Assembly (NCBI RefSeq): GCF_004010195.1
Contig: NC_057749.1
Span: 10,307,387-10,371,386, forward strand
Reading direction: 5' to 3'
DNA from: Chiloscyllium plagiosum
Lineage: Eukaryota
Length of the DNA: 64,000 bases
In this document: piece by piece, positions 12,110 through 25,047 of the stretch
Numbering within the stretch: the first letter of the stretch is position 1
Layout: each line of letters opens with the position of its first letter
The notes under the pieces: model-generated
The model's input: the letters and a program-made list of their open reading frames with translations, nothing else
Told to the model about the DNA's origin: nothing
The model's database searches: none
Program-made: the position numbers and the translations under genes

Positions 12110-13016
12110 GTACAAAGGAAATGAAAGAATGTGAGATGCCCCTTATTATTTAAAATTCCTTCCCATTATGGAGACACTATTCACACTATAGTAGGTGTCA
12201 GCAGAGCCCTCTACTTCCCAAGATCAAAAGTCCACCTTGAGACGAGACAGTTTGGACTAGTAATTGCGGGGCTGTACAGACCATTATACATTGCTGTAGA
12301 CAGACATGAGGTTAAAGGTTTCTCTCCTGCACTTATCAGGACTGACATGCAAGAAAACCACCTTATTTCCTTTATAAAGTTGGTGTTCTTGCATTCTAGT
12401 GCAAGAGAAAGGAATTTGACCTCATGCCTCCTTTTGGCAATGTTGCTGAGCAAGTTGATTATGAAGGATTTGTGAGTGAGTTTCAGCCGATCCTCACAAT
12501 ATTCTAAGACATGAGCGTCAAAGGATAGTGTCAGTGGATTCTGCCCAGCAGTGAGATTCCGACTGATTTCCTAACCGCCATCAGCCCCACCACTCTGCAC
12601 TTTTGAGATCAAAGTGGACCATCTTCTCTTTTAGTAAGAATTCAGTTTGCAATTCTGGTTAGCACCTCCGTTTCAGTGCACAGGGAATGTTGCATCGTTG
12701 GAGGGCTCTGCTTTCGGGTGAGCTATGAAACCAAGACTCTGCATGCCCTCTGAAACAGCAGATGCAAATAATTCCTTAGCAGCCTTCTGATCCAATAGTT
12801 ATTTCCTTAGCCAACATCAGTGAAACAGATTTATCAGGTCATTTTCACAATGCAGTTTGTGGGATCTTGATGTTCACAAATTTCACAGCATTCCAACAGC
12901 GTTTGCACTTCAGAAAAGCCCTTAGTGGATCACAAAGCATTTTGGGATGTTCCAGAGTCATGAAATGTGCTGTATAAATGCAAGTCTTTTTTGTTTGTTG
13001 TTAAATCTGCTTCTAG

Positions 13017-13242
13017 GTTCTGGAAATTGACAGGTCAGATGCTGGCGATTTCACCACAGAAATCTCACGCAAGACAAAAGAGTCCCTGAACTGTGAGCTG
13101 ACCCGGGTGGAGTTTGCTGACGCGTTGGGATTGAAGGACGATTCCATGTTTGTGGAGCAGATGTTTTCACTGGCAGACAAAGATGGGAATGGTTACCTGT
13201 CCTTCCGAGAGTTCCTTGATATTCTCATCATATTCATGAAAG
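13017..13242 (+). CDS. DUOX2: Dual oxidase, window exon 5 (EF-hand 1, [13 protein letters not shown])
   Basis: Acceptor tag|, donor |gtgaac; 226 nt; canonical EF-hand loop. Confidence 0.96.
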
Positions 13243-13902
13243 GTGAACGGGGCTTCTCACCTTGTTTTTCATTTCTTGTATCTCCTGGAGATTTGTGACA
13301 ATGAAATTGCCAAGCCATTTTCCTGATGTCTGTGCATTTTTTGCATATTCTAAAATTAATTTTCATGAATTATTTTACGTGGATTGCTGAGTAACATTAT
13401 CACACCATGTGTTGCATCAATTGTAGGAAAGATTGCTAGATTAAGTAATTCACTTAAAGTTGGTTGGCAGCACTAACAAAGTGTTAATTCAATACCTGGT
13501 GGTGAAAAGGATTGAGGATTCTAGATTTATTGATAATTTTGATTCAAATGAAGTTTAGAAAGGAGCACTAATATCTTGGGTTGGACAGAGTCCATGATTA
13601 GGCATTGTGCAAATTTACACATGATTGGCTTAACGCTGTGTTCTTGATCTAAGTTTTCAATTGCTACAATTAGGTTGGCAGGTAAAATTTCAGACTGTAT
13701 ATGAGTTGGGTAAAATCCTGGGTCAATGTACTTCATTCTGTCAATGGCTTGGTTCCTTTCAGTGGTCAAACAAACACATCATGTTGAAAGCTGGTTAAAT
13801 GTCTCAGGATTCAAAATCATTAAGAGAAATCTTCTAAATGACATAATTCAGCCTTAACCCCTTGCAATAACAATATACAAACCGTTGGGATTCGATGATA
13901 CA

Positions 13903-14240
13903 GAGGCACGGTGGCTCAGTAACTAGCACTGCTGCCTCACAGTGCCAGGGACCTGGGTTCAATTCTGACCTCAGGCAACTGTCTGTGTTGAGTTTGCTCA
14001 TTCTCCCCGTGTCTGTGCAGGCTGCCTGTGGGTGCTCTGGTTTCCTCCCACAATCCAAAGATGTGCAGGTCAGGTGAATTGGCTATGCTAAATTGCCCAT
14101 AGTGTTCAAGGATGTGTAGGTTAGGTGCATTAGGCAGGGGTAAATATATAAGGTAGTAGAGGGATGGGTTACTCTTCAGAGGGTCAATGTGGACTTGCTG
14201 GGCCAAAGGGCCTGTTTCCACACTGTAGAGATTCTGAATT
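13903..14240 (+). mobile_element. HE1-like V-SINE
   Basis: tRNA head with A/B-box-like motifs, V-domain and tail gggcctgtttccacactgtag. Confidence 0.88.
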
Positions 14241-14860
14241 CAAAACTGAAGAGGAGATTAAACTATTATTGTGGTATAAATTCATACAATAATTCCTTGA
14301 TGTTAAAATTTACAAATATGCTTCCTAATGCAATATCCTTTGCTTCACTGAACTAAGGATTAACCTGTGAGTGCCTATGTGTGTGGAAAAAAGAGTTCAA
14401 GACCAGGGGGCATACTTTTAAGATGAAAGGAGAAAAGATTTGAAAAGGCCATGAGGGACACAGAGAGTGGTTTATGTGTGAAGTGAACTCCAGAGGGAGT
14501 GGTGAATGTGGGTACAGTCACAGCGTTTAAGAAGCATTTAGATAAGTTCATAAATAAGAAATGTTTGGAGGGACTTGGGCCAAGCGCAGGCAGGTGGGAC
14601 TAGTTTAGGTTGGGATTATGGTCGGCATGGAGTGGTTGGACCGAAGGGTCTGTCTCCGTGCCGTATGGCTCGATGACTCTACGATGACAATTTGGACCAT
14701 TTATATTTTTCCCAACCATTGTGTTTTTCTTAGTGCTAAAATTCCTTTGTTAGCTTTCCTGTGATGATTTACCGTGTTGAAGTGCTGCAGAAAACCAAAT
14801 TGCTGCTGCTCCTCGCTAGTATTTTGTGAAAGAAACTAATTCAAATGATGCTGTTTGCAG

Positions 14861-14954
14861 GGTCACCTGAAGAGAAGTCAAAGCTCATGTTTCGGATGTA
14901 TGACGTGGATGGAAATGGGTTCCTGTCGAAAAGTGAATTCTCTGTATTGTTGAG
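14861..14954 (+). CDS. DUOX2: Dual oxidase, window exon 6 (EF-hand 2, DVDGNGFLSKSEF)
   Basis: Acceptor cag|, donor |gtaaac; 94 nt; GSPEEKSKLMFRMYD. Confidence 0.96.
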
Positions 14955-14990
14955 GTAAACGGTAACCCGATGATTATCTTACTTAAAATA

Positions 14991-15241
14991 TAATGTGGAG
15001 GTGCTGGTGTTGGACTGGGGTGGACAAACTTAAAAATCACACAACAGCAGGTTACAGTCCAACAGGTTTATTTGGAAATACCAGCTTTCGGACCATTGCT
15101 CCTTCAACAGGAGCAGGATCATAGGACACAGAATTTATAGCAAAAGATCGTAGTGTCATACAGTTGATGTGATATATTGAGAGGTTTGTCCCAAATAAAC
15201 CTGTTGGATTATAACCTGGTGTTGTGTGAGTTTTAACTTTG
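14991..15241 (-). mobile_element. PLE-derived insertion with inverted arms
   Basis: Same family as 5967, 20721 and 59767; arms at ~15024-15074 and ~15191-15241. Confidence 0.7.
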
Positions 15242-15669
15242 GGAAAGTAGATTGTTCAACATCTCACACAAGCAAATAGAGAATATCACTGCTTAAGACT
15301 CAAGAAAAGTCATCAAAACTGAGCAAGTGTTGCCTTATCTTTCCATCCAGATAAAGTGGCAGCCAATAGTTCCTGTTGGAGGTACTTTTGAGTTGTCTTT
15401 CTCCCAGATATATTTAATCACCATCCATTGGTGTTTTCTTGTGAAACCTGAGCAGAGGGCCAATGTCCAAGAGGACGATACCTTTCTCCTTTAAATGCCG
15501 CTCATTCCCATGTGGCTATTCCTTGTCAGAATTCCAGCATAAAACAAAACTAATTCACTGATGACTTTGGAGTTAGGAATTGTCGACCATTCTAATGTGG
15601 GCATGAAATGCAGATGTGAATTGATACATCATGTTAAATGATTTCAGATTTTCCTCTTAAAAGCTGGTG

Positions 15670-16500
15670 GGTATAGGAAGATGGAAAATCGAAGGATTGA
15701 GGAGATCCATGTTTGGGCAGCAGAAGCAAACATAATGAAAGTTGATACTAACAAAGGGAAAACTGAATAACATGCTTGTAAAATAAAAATAAGGTAGGGC
15801 TCTGGGTAGCATTGTAGAACAGAGAGACCTAGGAGTTCAGATACATAATTCTTTGAAATTTGCATCACATGCAGACAGAGTGGTTAAGAAGGCATTTAAC
15901 ACGTTTGCCTTTATTGCTCAGACCTTTCAGTATAGGAGTTGGTACAATGTGTTGAGGTTATACAGGACATTGGTGAGGTCTCTTCTGGAGTACTGTGTCC
16001 AGTTCAGGTCACTTTACTAGAGGAAGGATATTATTAAACTGGAGAGGATTCAGAAAAGATTTCCCAGGATGTTGCTGGAAACAGAGGGTTTGAGATATAA
16101 AAATAGTCTGGAAAGACTGGGACTCTTTTCGCTGGAGCTTTGGAGATTGAGGGGTGACCTTATAGAGGTTTACAAAATCATGAGAAGCATAGATAAGGTG
16201 AATGACAAAGGTCTTTCTCCAAGGTTGGGAGAGTTCAAAATGAGAAGGCATATTTTTAATGTGAGAGGAGGAGGTTTTAAAAAGGAAATCAGGGGCAGGA
16301 CTTTTACACAGAGAGTGGTTTATGTGTGGAATGAGATGCCAGGAGAAGTGATGGATCCAGGTACAGTTCATGGATAGGAAAGATTTGGAAGGATATGGGC
16401 CAAGTGCAGGCAGGTGAGACTAGTTTAGTTTGGGACTATGGTCAGCATGGACTAGTTGGACTGAAGGGTCTGTTTCCATGCTGTATGACTCTATGACTCT
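15670..16500 (+). mobile_element. CR1 LINE 3' fragment
   Basis: LERLGLFSLE..RLRGDLIEVYKIM motif and ctctatgactct tail. Confidence 0.85.
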
Positions 16501-17060
16501 TAACTTATTAGACACTTGCAAGGGTTACAGGACATGTATTGCAATAAGCAACATGAATTTGGCTTTACACTTTCCTTTGCGGATAGCACTACATTTGGAG
16601 GAATGCCTACTGGAGGTGTCTGTGACCAGGACTTTGCTTTCTTTATTCTTGCACAGGATATGGAATCACTGGCAGGACCAGCATTGATGTACATGCCTAA
16701 CTGCCTTTGAACTGAGGGACTTACTGGGGCAGTTCAGAATCCAACATATCAATATGGGTCTGCCAGTCACATGTAGGCCAGACCAGATAAAAATAGCAGA
16801 TTTTCTTCCCTGAAGGTCACGAGTGTGCCCAATGAATTTTCAAGGCAATCGCAAAATATTTTCCTGTTCATCTTTACTGAGACTAGCTTTTAATTCCAGA
16901 TTTAAAGTAATTGAATTTAAATTCACCAGCTGCAATGTGATTTGAATCTGAGACCCCAGACAGGAATGGGGGGAGGTAATGGGATGTTTGGAAGCAAGGA
17001 AGTGGCTTTCAGCAGCAATTCACCACACCCCGCTCCCAACTTAAGCCCCCCATCCTGACA

Positions 17061-17897
17061 TGTAAGGGAGGGGATTTATTCTGTTTTTGGACTATAAATT
17101 GAAATTGAAGTTGGGCGGCTAAAATAGCGGTGAAATAGCAGGAGCATGTGTAACTTTGAAAATCAAGTTGTCTGTATTTTGAGCTGTGCAATGATGCTTA
17201 TTTTAGAGTTGAGAGTGAGCAACACCCAGAGTCTTTTGCATTAAGGGAATTCTGCCTGATGACAGCCCTCTGTTTGGATGAACTATAGGTCGGTAAAAGC
17301 TGTAAATGCCAGAGGAGCAGAGAAAAATATTCAGAGCCTGCAAGTTGAAAGCCTCCACCTCTCGTTCTCTTTCTCTCCCCCATCTCTCTCTGTATGTGGG
17401 AGAAAAACAGAAAATCAAGAAAGCTTAAACGAAACAATTGTAACGAGAAAATACCTCGGCTCGTCAGATTAACTGCCAAATTGTTGGAATGGCTATCACC
17501 TACAAATGATAGTCATCATGACTAACAATCATATTTTTAATGTATGTGAGACTACTTTGTGAACTTTATCTGTATCCTTTAACCACCCCTAGTATCATAG
17601 TGCCTGTGTCAGCCATTGTCTGTGTGTGTGTGTGTGTTGTTTTGAAAGGACATAGTTTAAGTTGCATACTAATAGATTAGGATTCCTTTCTTTTCATTAA
17701 AGTTAACTGTGTTACAATAAATTGAGTTATTTTTCTGTCACTAACAAAAACCCAGTGAATTGCATTTGGCCTGAATATTAATCAGTCAGGAAAACTGGTC
17801 ATTTTGGTAGTGCAGTTGGGGCTTTACATAATTTGGGACAGTTTGTGAAACAGTGGGTTATGATTTTTGATGCATTTTTCTCAGTTACATTGTAACA
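17061..17897 (+). mobile_element. Putative solo LTR
   Basis: Begins TGTAA and ends TAACA, with an internal AATAAA near 17716 and no ORF. No clear TSD. Confidence 0.4.
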
Positions 17898-18311
17898 AAT
17901 CCCTCGATTAGCATGGCGAGGCTGAAGCCTGGCAATGAGGGACCTTGATGGGTTGCGCCAGGATCCTTCTGAGGGTCAACCATGTGTCTTCCATTTAATC
18001 CCTGAGCCATCTGATCCCTGTGGTAGGCTCAGGGACAATGGGACTCAATCCTGAGCCTAGGCTTTAAATGCTTCACAAGCTTACAATTTCAGAAAGTTAC
18101 ACTATTTTGTATCTCCAACCAAGAAAACTACAGTTCCAATCTGCACTCCACACATGTTAATAAAGGTGAGTCTCCACCCCAATTAATAGACCACTAACAA
18201 GAATTTTATGTGAACGGTTATCCCCAAGTGTTTTCAGTTTTTTGTATTTCATTTTTGATCATGTTTGCCTTTATAGGAACTCTACTTGACCCTCGCATTT
18301 TGTTCCTCTAG

Positions 18312-18487
18312 GTCCTTTATTGAGATCTCCAATAACTGCTTATCAAAAGCCCAGGCGGAAGAAGTTATGGATTCACTCTTCAAGGAGGCAGGATTCCAGG
18401 GCAAGGAAGACTTAACCTGGGAGGATTTTCATTACTTGTTCCGGGATCACAGCGATGAGCTGGAGCTTGCTAAGCTCAATGTGAAAG
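18312..18487 (+). CDS. DUOX2: Dual oxidase, window exon 7 ([14 protein letters not shown]...LNVK)
   Basis: Acceptor tag|, donor |gtcagt; 176 nt; highly conserved [14 protein letters not shown] and LTWEDFH. Confidence 0.96.
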
Positions 18488-18990
18488 GTCAGTACTGTGG
18501 TAGGAGAGGCCTACACAATCTAGCTGGCCTGCAGGGAGATTAAAGGTCCTGATTTCAATCCTGCTGCACAGGAAGATGCCAAAGCATGTGCCTGGTGCCT
18601 TGTTGGAAGAGGGTTGAGTGCTTGTTTGCTGGACGCCTCCGAAACGAATTATCCATCTGCCTCCTGAAACCTTGGAGATGTATGAGCAAGAGCAATAATT
18701 AGGATATCATTCTGGCCTCTTATGCAAACCCCTCTTATGCCTGCTGCCTAAGTCCTAAACTCTGAGATTCTCTCCATGAGCCCCTCCACTTTTCTCTCCC
18801 CATTTAATTCACCCTCAACCCGACCACTTCAACTAAGCATTTACTTCTCCTGTGGTGCAGTGTCACATTGTGTTGGATATTGGCCCAATAAAGGGCTTTG
18901 GAAGGTTTTGCTGTGTCAAACATGCTCAGATACATCATTGTTATGACATTATCATAAAAGGAAAAGTCACTATACTCTTACCAGTCCATG

Positions 18991-20602
18991 TAGCAGCTTA
19001 GTATTACAGAAACTGAATGTCACTGAAAAAAAGACACATTGCCAAAGCGTTCCTTTTTTCACTCACCAGGACAAATGCAAGGATACCAAAAGATCATTTG
19101 AAATTTGACATGCTTACCTTTGTCCTGATAAGTGCGAGATGAAAAAATGTAAGTGTCATTTCTCTATTTCCAGCAGAGTTTACTAACAAATCCCAATGGG
19201 AATTTAGGGAAAACCTCTTTGAAGAGGAGTGACAATGTGAAACTTGCTTTCTCCTGGTTGAGGTGAATAGCATTTCAATCAATATTGGGTAAATCCATGA
19301 ACGAGAAGAGAACAGAAAAATATGATGACACTGTTAGATGAAAGAGGTGGGAGGGAGAACTCACGGCGTTGGTTCATTGGGTTGAGTTGCCTGCTTCAAT
19401 GCTGAGCTTTCCATGTAATTTAGCTCTCTCGTTAGACCGGTGGTGGTTTAACCTGAGGGTCGCCACGCTTCAGGTGAGGGGACAAGTTGAGAACTATCCT
19501 TCAGCCGGTGTGGGAATTGAACCCATGCCGTAGACATCACTCGGCATTGCAGGCCAACCAGTCAGCATCACCAACTCCCAAATGAAAGGGGGTCGGGGGG
19601 TGGGTGCAGCTGTTAACCAATAATCGCTTAGAGCTGTGTGGTCATGCACAGATTGTCTCCTCTAAGGTATTGGAAGCACATTACCACACAAACTGAAAAT
19701 GTCAGCGCTGTTGCATTTCCAAAACTTGCAATGGGCCACAATTCTTGCTGAGTAATTACATGGCGTGCACAGCATTGAAGCAAACAATTCAACCCAACTG
19801 AGCAATGCCAGTGTCTGTACTCCACGTGGAGTCTCCCTCCCACCTCTCCCGTCTAACACTGTCATCATATTTTTCTATACTCTTTCATGGATTTGTCCAA
19901 TTTGGTTTTTTAGATTAGATTAGATTCCCTACAGTGTGGAAGCAGACCTTTCAGCCCAACAAGTCCACACTGACCCTCCAAAGAGTAACCCACCCAGACC
20001 CAGACCCATTCCCCTACCCTGTTAGATTAGATTAGATTCCCTACAGTGTGGAAACAGGCCCTTCGGCCCAACAAGTCCACATCGACCCACCGAAGCGCAA
20101 CCCACCCAGACCATTCCCCTACATTTACCCCTTCACCTAATGCTATGGGCAATATAGCATGACCAATTCACCTGACCTGCACATCTTTGGACTGTAGGAG
20201 GAAACCCACACAGACACGGGGAGAATGTGCAAACTCCACACAGACAGTTGCTTGAGGCAGGGATTGAACTGGGTCCCTGGCACTGTGAGGCAGCAGTGCC
20301 AACCACTGAGTCACCATGCTGTCCTATATTTAAATACTATTCACCTTGAACAGGAATTTCATATTGTCACTCCTCTTCCAAGAGGTTTTTCCTAAATTCC
20401 CATTGGGATTTGCTAGCAAACTGTGCTGGAAATAGAGACATGATACTTACATTTTTCACCTTGCACTCATCAGGACAAAGGCAAGAATGTCTAATTTCAA
20501 ATGATCATTTGGTACCCTTGCCTTTGTCCTGGTGAGTGTGAAAAGGAACGCTTTCCAATGTGTCTTTTCAGTGACATACAGATTCTGTAATACTAAGCCG
20601 CT
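18991..20602. repeat. Long inverted duplication (left arm ~18991-19421; right arm ~19753-20602, interrupted by SINEs)
   Basis: Direct reverse-complement match across several distinct sub-elements. Confidence 0.8.
19911..20325 (-). mobile_element. HE1-like V-SINE plus an adjacent second SINE tail
   Basis: Two (tagat)n-ccctacagtgtggaa tails followed by one V-domain and one head. Confidence 0.85.
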
Positions 20603-20720
20603 GTTGTGGCTTCCTGTATGACTCTCCGTTCGTATTCGTCATGTAAAGAAGTGGACGATATAACTTTCCTCTTTCTAGTCTGCTACCCATGCTCTTGTAT
20701 TACAAACTAAATTGATGTAT

Positions 20721-20908
20721 GATGTGGAGGTGCCGGTGTTGGACTGGGGTGGACAAAGTTAAAAATCATACAACACCAGGTTATATTCCAACAGGTTTAT
20801 TTGGAAGCACTAGCTTTCAGAGCTAGCTACCTGATGAAGGAGCAGCGCTTTGAAAGCTTGTAGCTCCAAATAAATCTGTTGGACTATAACCTGGTGTTGT
20901 GTGATTTT
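20721..20908. mobile_element. PLE-derived hairpin insertion with a hammerhead motif on the + strand (CTGATGA at 20831-20837)
   Basis: Inverted arms plus a one-sided tail. TSD-like taaattgatgta (20708-20719) / taaattgaggta (20909-20920). Confidence 0.75.
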
Positions 20909-21090
20909 TAAATTGAGGTAGTGTTTTCGATTTAACGTGTCTACACTGTTTACCATTTCATTTACTTCTTATGCAATTTCTATATTATTGCCTACTTTGA
21001 AGTTTTATGGCTGCTTAAACCTCTTTCATTTCCTTGTAATTTTGTTGTTGGACACAAAGCACTCTTTGGTGTTGCCTTCTGTTCTTTCAG

Positions 21091-21157
21091 GTATGGATAT
21101 TCGAGAGAAACCAAACAAGTATCACAGAGTCTCCTTCCTCAAAGTAAACCCATACAA
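21091..21157 (+). CDS. DUOX2: Dual oxidase, window exon 8 (GMDIREKPNKYHRVSFLKVNPY)
   Basis: Acceptor ttctttcag|, donor |gtgagt; 67 nt, phase 1-2; RVSF motif. Confidence 0.88.
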
Positions 21158-21916
21158 GTGAGTAAATACTTTGAGGTTCCTTTATTGTCAATTTATTCCC
21201 ACAGATTTAGGAGTGGCAGAAATACCACAGAAACCCGTGGTTTACACTGGGCAAGAAAAATACACTGAAAGATGCATCTCCAATCACTTCAAGAAACCAT
21301 GTAATAGAACATTAGATCATATTTTTGAGATCTACATGAGGGTCAATGCTGGGGTTGGGATTATGGACCATCTTCTCTGTCCATCAACGCTCCCACCCTC
21401 CAAGAGCTGCTGAAGTAAGGCTCTTGTGCAGTGGTAGTGTTCCTACTTCTGGGATAGGAGACCTAGGTTCAAATCTGACCTGCTCCAGAAGTATGCCATA
21501 ACATCTCTGAATAGGTCCAACCAGGTAATACTCCCACCCATGGTCTATATCCCTCCAAACGTTTCCTCATCATGCACTTTTCGAGATGTCTTTCCAAGTT
21601 GTAACTGTACCTGCATCTACCACACACAAACCACACTGTGTAAAAAATGTCCTTTCTAAATCTTCCTCCTCTCTCCTTATACCCCCCAGTCTTGAAATCC
21701 TCCACACAAGGGTCAAGACACCTTAGCTGTACCCCTCATGATTTTATAAACCTCTATAAGGTCACTCCTCAAACTCCTACGCTCCAGTGAAAAAATTCCT
21801 AATTTGATCATCCAACTCAGTACCACGATCATGTTCTCTCCCCAAACCCTTTAGCACAAAGAACTATGGATGCACCTGAGTGGCAGCAAAAAAAACACAA
21901 GGGTGTTCTTTTCAGG

Positions 21917-22040
21917 GGAAAGTGAGGTCTGCAGATGCTGGAGATCAGAGCTGAAAATGTGTTGCTGGAAAAGCGCAGCAGGTCAGGCAGCATCCAGGGA
22001 ACAGGAGAATCGACGTTTCGGGCATAAGCCCTTTTTCAGG
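21917..22040 (-). mobile_element. Solo PLE terminal repeat, hammerhead core mutated (CTGAAAA)
   Basis: Similar to 11624-11750; ttttcagg occurs at both 21909-21916 and 22033-22040. Confidence 0.75.
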
Positions 22041-22476
22041 TTTGCCATGTCTGTGACTCCCTGCCTGCTGTTGGGTGAATGCCAGCATTGATGGGATATT
22101 GGGATTAATAGCCCACTCATCCGCCACAACTGCTGGCAGGGTGGGAAAGCCATCCCTGACCCTTAACTGGGGCAGGGGCAGGAAGATGTTGAGGCCCAGA
22201 GCCACCAGTCTCCCACCAGATTAAATACTGCCCCTTCCTCCTTGGGCAATTGCCAATTAATGAACCGAAAATTAGGAGCTTCTCATTAGGAGGCCCTCAA
22301 TACTCAGACAGATCAGAGTAATCCGTCAATGGCTCGTAGGCCACCTCATTTCCAAACTACTTTTCCCATGTGTAACTCCCTCACTGGATGATAATTGAGG
22401 CTGGTAATTCACTTGTGAATGGACCAGACTCCCTGGAGCCTCCTGACTAATCTCCTCATTCTGTACATCCCAACAG

Positions 22477-22539
22477 AAACATGCAGGAGTCTGCTGTGGA
22501 AAATATTGGACAAGAGTTCCGAAACCGAGTCAACAAGAA
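22477..22539 (+). CDS. DUOX2: Dual oxidase, window exon 9 ([22 protein letters not shown]; variable loop)
   Basis: Acceptor caacag|, donor |gtaaga; 63 nt, phase 2-2. The end resembles the DUOX1/2 QEIRRRFGKK/GLKKRFGKK segment. Weakly conserved, so less certain than the other exons. Confidence 0.72.
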
Positions 22540-22568
22540 GTAAGACCTTGTATTCTGTGCTGTTTTAT

Positions 22569-22826
22569 TGTGTGTGTGTGTGTGTGTCTGTCTGTCTGTC
22601 TGCTGTCTATCTGTGTGTGTCTCTGTGTGTGTCTCTGTGTGTGTGTGTGTGTGTCTGTCTGTATGTCTGTCTCTGTTTGTGTGTGTGTCTGTGTGTGTGT
22701 GTCTGTCTGTCCCTGTGTGTGTGTCTGTGTCTGTGTGTGTGTGTATGCGTGTGTCTGTGTGCGTATGTCTGTCTGTCTCTGTCTGTGTGTGCCTGTGTGT
22801 GTGTCTGTCTGTCCCTGTGTGTGTGT
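22569..22826. repeat. Compound (TG)n/(TCTG)n microsatellite
   Basis: Directly visible. Confidence 0.97.
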
Positions 22827-23430
22827 GGTCAGGACATGGAGGAGAGCAGTTGGGAAGTTATGTTGCAGTTATACAGGATGTTGGTAAGTCTGCACTTGTC
22901 GTTCAGTTTTAGTCAAAGTGCGACCGGCAGGATGTTTTTAATTTGAAATGTGTGCAGACGGAATTTACACAAAGGTTGCCAGGACTCAACAGTATGAAGT
23001 ATAGGGAGAGGTTGGACAAGCGAGGACGTTTTCCTTGACAGAATATAAGACTGAGAGGGATCTTATCGAAGTTTACATGGAATAGGTGAATGGATGCAGC
23101 CTTTTGTTTTCCTAGAGTTGGGGAATCGAGGAGGAGAGGGCATCATTTTAAGGTGAGAGAGGAATGAATAAAAGCGAAACTGATGGAAACTGTTTTACAC
23201 AGAGAGTGATGCACAAAAGGATGAGCTGCCAACGGAAGTGGTTGAAGCATTTTTATTAACGATATTTAAACGGCATTTGGGCAAGTACATGGACAGGAAA
23301 GGATGAGAATGCTATGGGCCAAGTGCTGGGAAATGAGGTTAATGTGGTTGGATGTTTGGATCAGCATAGACGAGTTTGGACCACAGGGCCTCTCTGCCTC
23401 TCTCCATGCTGTAGGACTTGATGACTCTAC
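22827..23430 (+). mobile_element. Diverged CR1 3' fragment
   Basis: [10 protein letters not shown] motif and CR1 tail remnants. Confidence 0.75.
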
Positions 23431-23548
23431 AAATAGAATGGGTCAAGCTCTCATTTATTCTTTGGTAATGAGTTCGAATTATATTTGGACAATGTTCTGT
23501 CAAGTTAACTTTGCACATATTTTGTTTTTCAGTTTGTTATCGACAATA

Positions 23549-23731
23549 CGTGTGTGTGTGCGTGTGTGTGTGGTGTCTGTGTGTGTTTCTGTGTCTGTGC
23601 CTGTGTGTGTGTTTCTGTGTCTGTGTGTGTCTGTGTGTGTTTCTGTGTCTGTGTGTGTCTGTGTGTGTCTGTGTGTGCCTGTGTGTGTGTGTGTCTGTGT
23701 GTGCGTCTGTGTCTGTGTTTGTCTGTGTGTG
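23549..23731. repeat. Compound (TG)n microsatellite
   Basis: Directly visible. Confidence 0.97.
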
Positions 23732-24699
23732 TTTATCAGTATTTTTTAAAGGAAAATATCAATGTACATATTTGCAATACCCTCTCGTCATTCCTCTTTC
23801 CATCATAGTTTGAGCAACTTTGTTTTGGTCATAAACGTGTTGTTTTAGCAGATTAAAGAAATCTGCCTGACTTGTTCCTAACACTGTGTGTGTGGTGTAC
23901 CATTTAAATAAAGAAGTGAAATAACAGACTGACAGCACTGCCTCAGGCCCAAGAGGTGTACTTCACAGTGAAAATTTAGGCATAAATATAGATGCATGGT
24001 CCAGAAATGTACAGATAATAGACAAACTGACCTTGTGGTTAATAGTGAGGAGGAGAGCTTTAGATGGCAGCAAAGTATTAATGGACCTGTCAGAGGGGCA
24101 AACAAGTGACAAATGGAATTCAACTCAGAGAAGTACAAAGTGATGCATTTGGGAAGATCAGAGAAGGTAATGGAATGTGTAATGAATGAAAGAATACTGA
24201 GCACTGTGCAGGAAGTGAGATTCTTCGGCACTGGGTTATTTCCCTGACTCTGAAGTTCCAAGTTGAAGTCCCACCCAAGACAGGATGGTCAAGGACAGGG
24301 TGTCCAGAATGTGGCTAAACAGGCTCAGACCAACCTGGGAGTCCTTCTAACAAACACCTACCTCATGATTCCTGGTAAGCCACATGCTAGGCAGAAAATG
24401 GAGCCCATACCATCACCATCCATGTCTAGGTCTCTCAGTTTTCTCCCATTTATTGTGTGTTCCTTTTTCAAGTTTTTTTTTAAACCCAGAGGGTGGCAGA
24501 TGTCTGTCAGTCACTGCCTGAAAGAGTGGTGAACCCAAGTCCATAACCTGCATTACTATGGACCAGAAATGAGTCAGAGGAATTAAGCTCGGAGTTTGGG
24601 GTTTTTGACTAGGATGTTCCCAATGGACCAAATAACTTTTTTTCTGTGCCAAGAACTCAAGTGACCAGATTGTTGGTTATGGTCACTTGATGAATCATT

Positions 24700-25047
24700 G
24701 AATCCCTACAGTGCGTAAAGAGGTCATTCAGTCCATCACATCTGCACTGACCCTACGAAGAGCATCCCAACCAGTCACACTTCCCTACACTATCCCTGTA
24801 ACCACTCATTTCCCATTGGCTAATCCACCCAGTCTACATGTCCATGGACATTATGGACAATTTCCCTTGGCCAATCCACCGTTAACCTCCACATCTTTGG
24901 ACTGTGGGAGGATACCAGAGCACCTGGAGGAAACCCATGCATACCCGGGGAGAATGTGCAAACTCCACACAGACATTTGCCTGAGGGGAGGATCAAACCC
25001 AGGTCCCTGGCACTGTGAGGCAGCAGTGCTAACCACTGAGCCACCAT
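24700..25047 (-). mobile_element. HE1-like V-SINE
   Basis: V-domain and tRNA head on the minus strand. Confidence 0.85.

Noticed and set aside
22419..23813. Long Cys/Val-rich ORFs
   Set aside because: They are translations of (TG)n microsatellites.
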